64,000 nt of DNA from the human T2T-CHM13v2.0 reference genome, Homo sapiens: the NCBI RefSeq assembly GCF_009914755.1, contig NC_060927.1; one strand, given 5' to 3'. Of the stretch, positions 63,925 to 64,000 are shown one piece after another. The notes under the pieces are model-generated. The model was given only the letters and a program-made list of their open reading frames with translations, did no database searches and was not told the DNA's origin. The position numbers and the translations under genes were made by a program. Position 1 is the stretch's first letter. Every line of letters begins with the position of its first letter.

Positions 63925-64000
63925 TATTTTTGTTTTTTATTTTTTATTATGGACACATAATAGTTGCACATATTTATGGGGTATATCTGAATTTTTTTTT
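63925..64000 (-). mobile_element. 3' end of an L1MA-like element, running off the window
   Basis: T-rich tail then cacataatagttgcacatatttatggggta. Confidence 0.6.

Overview
Primate, almost certainly human, genomic DNA: about 20 Alus plus L1, L2, MIR, MER and MLT remnants. The right third holds the 3' part of EIF4E3 on the minus strand. Four coding exons (63792-63732, 61213-61147, 57437-57282, 52000-51954) splice in frame through GT-AG junctions to give the last ~110 aa, W|[110 protein letters not shown] long, nearly repeat-free 3' UTR follows, with several candidate poly(A) signals; the most distal is at ~42.7 kb, giving a UTR of ~9.3 kb. From memory, not checked, this is chr3p13, and positions 1-42.6 kb are intergenic sequence between EIF4E3 and the FOXP1 5' end. 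That part contains a 5'-truncated L1PA with a nested Alu, many SINE/LTR/DNA-transposon remnants, microsatellites and a few TE-poor CpG-retaining candidate enhancers. Nearly all ORF-track entries are Alu/L1-derived or chance ORFs. I found no convincing new gene system. The best leads are in the 3' UTR: alternative polyadenylation gating a miR-200 site cluster, an exact 19-mer repeated 4 kb apart, a dense proximal miRNA seed block and a strong-Kozak downstream ORF. Repeat subfamily calls and boundaries are by eye and approximate.
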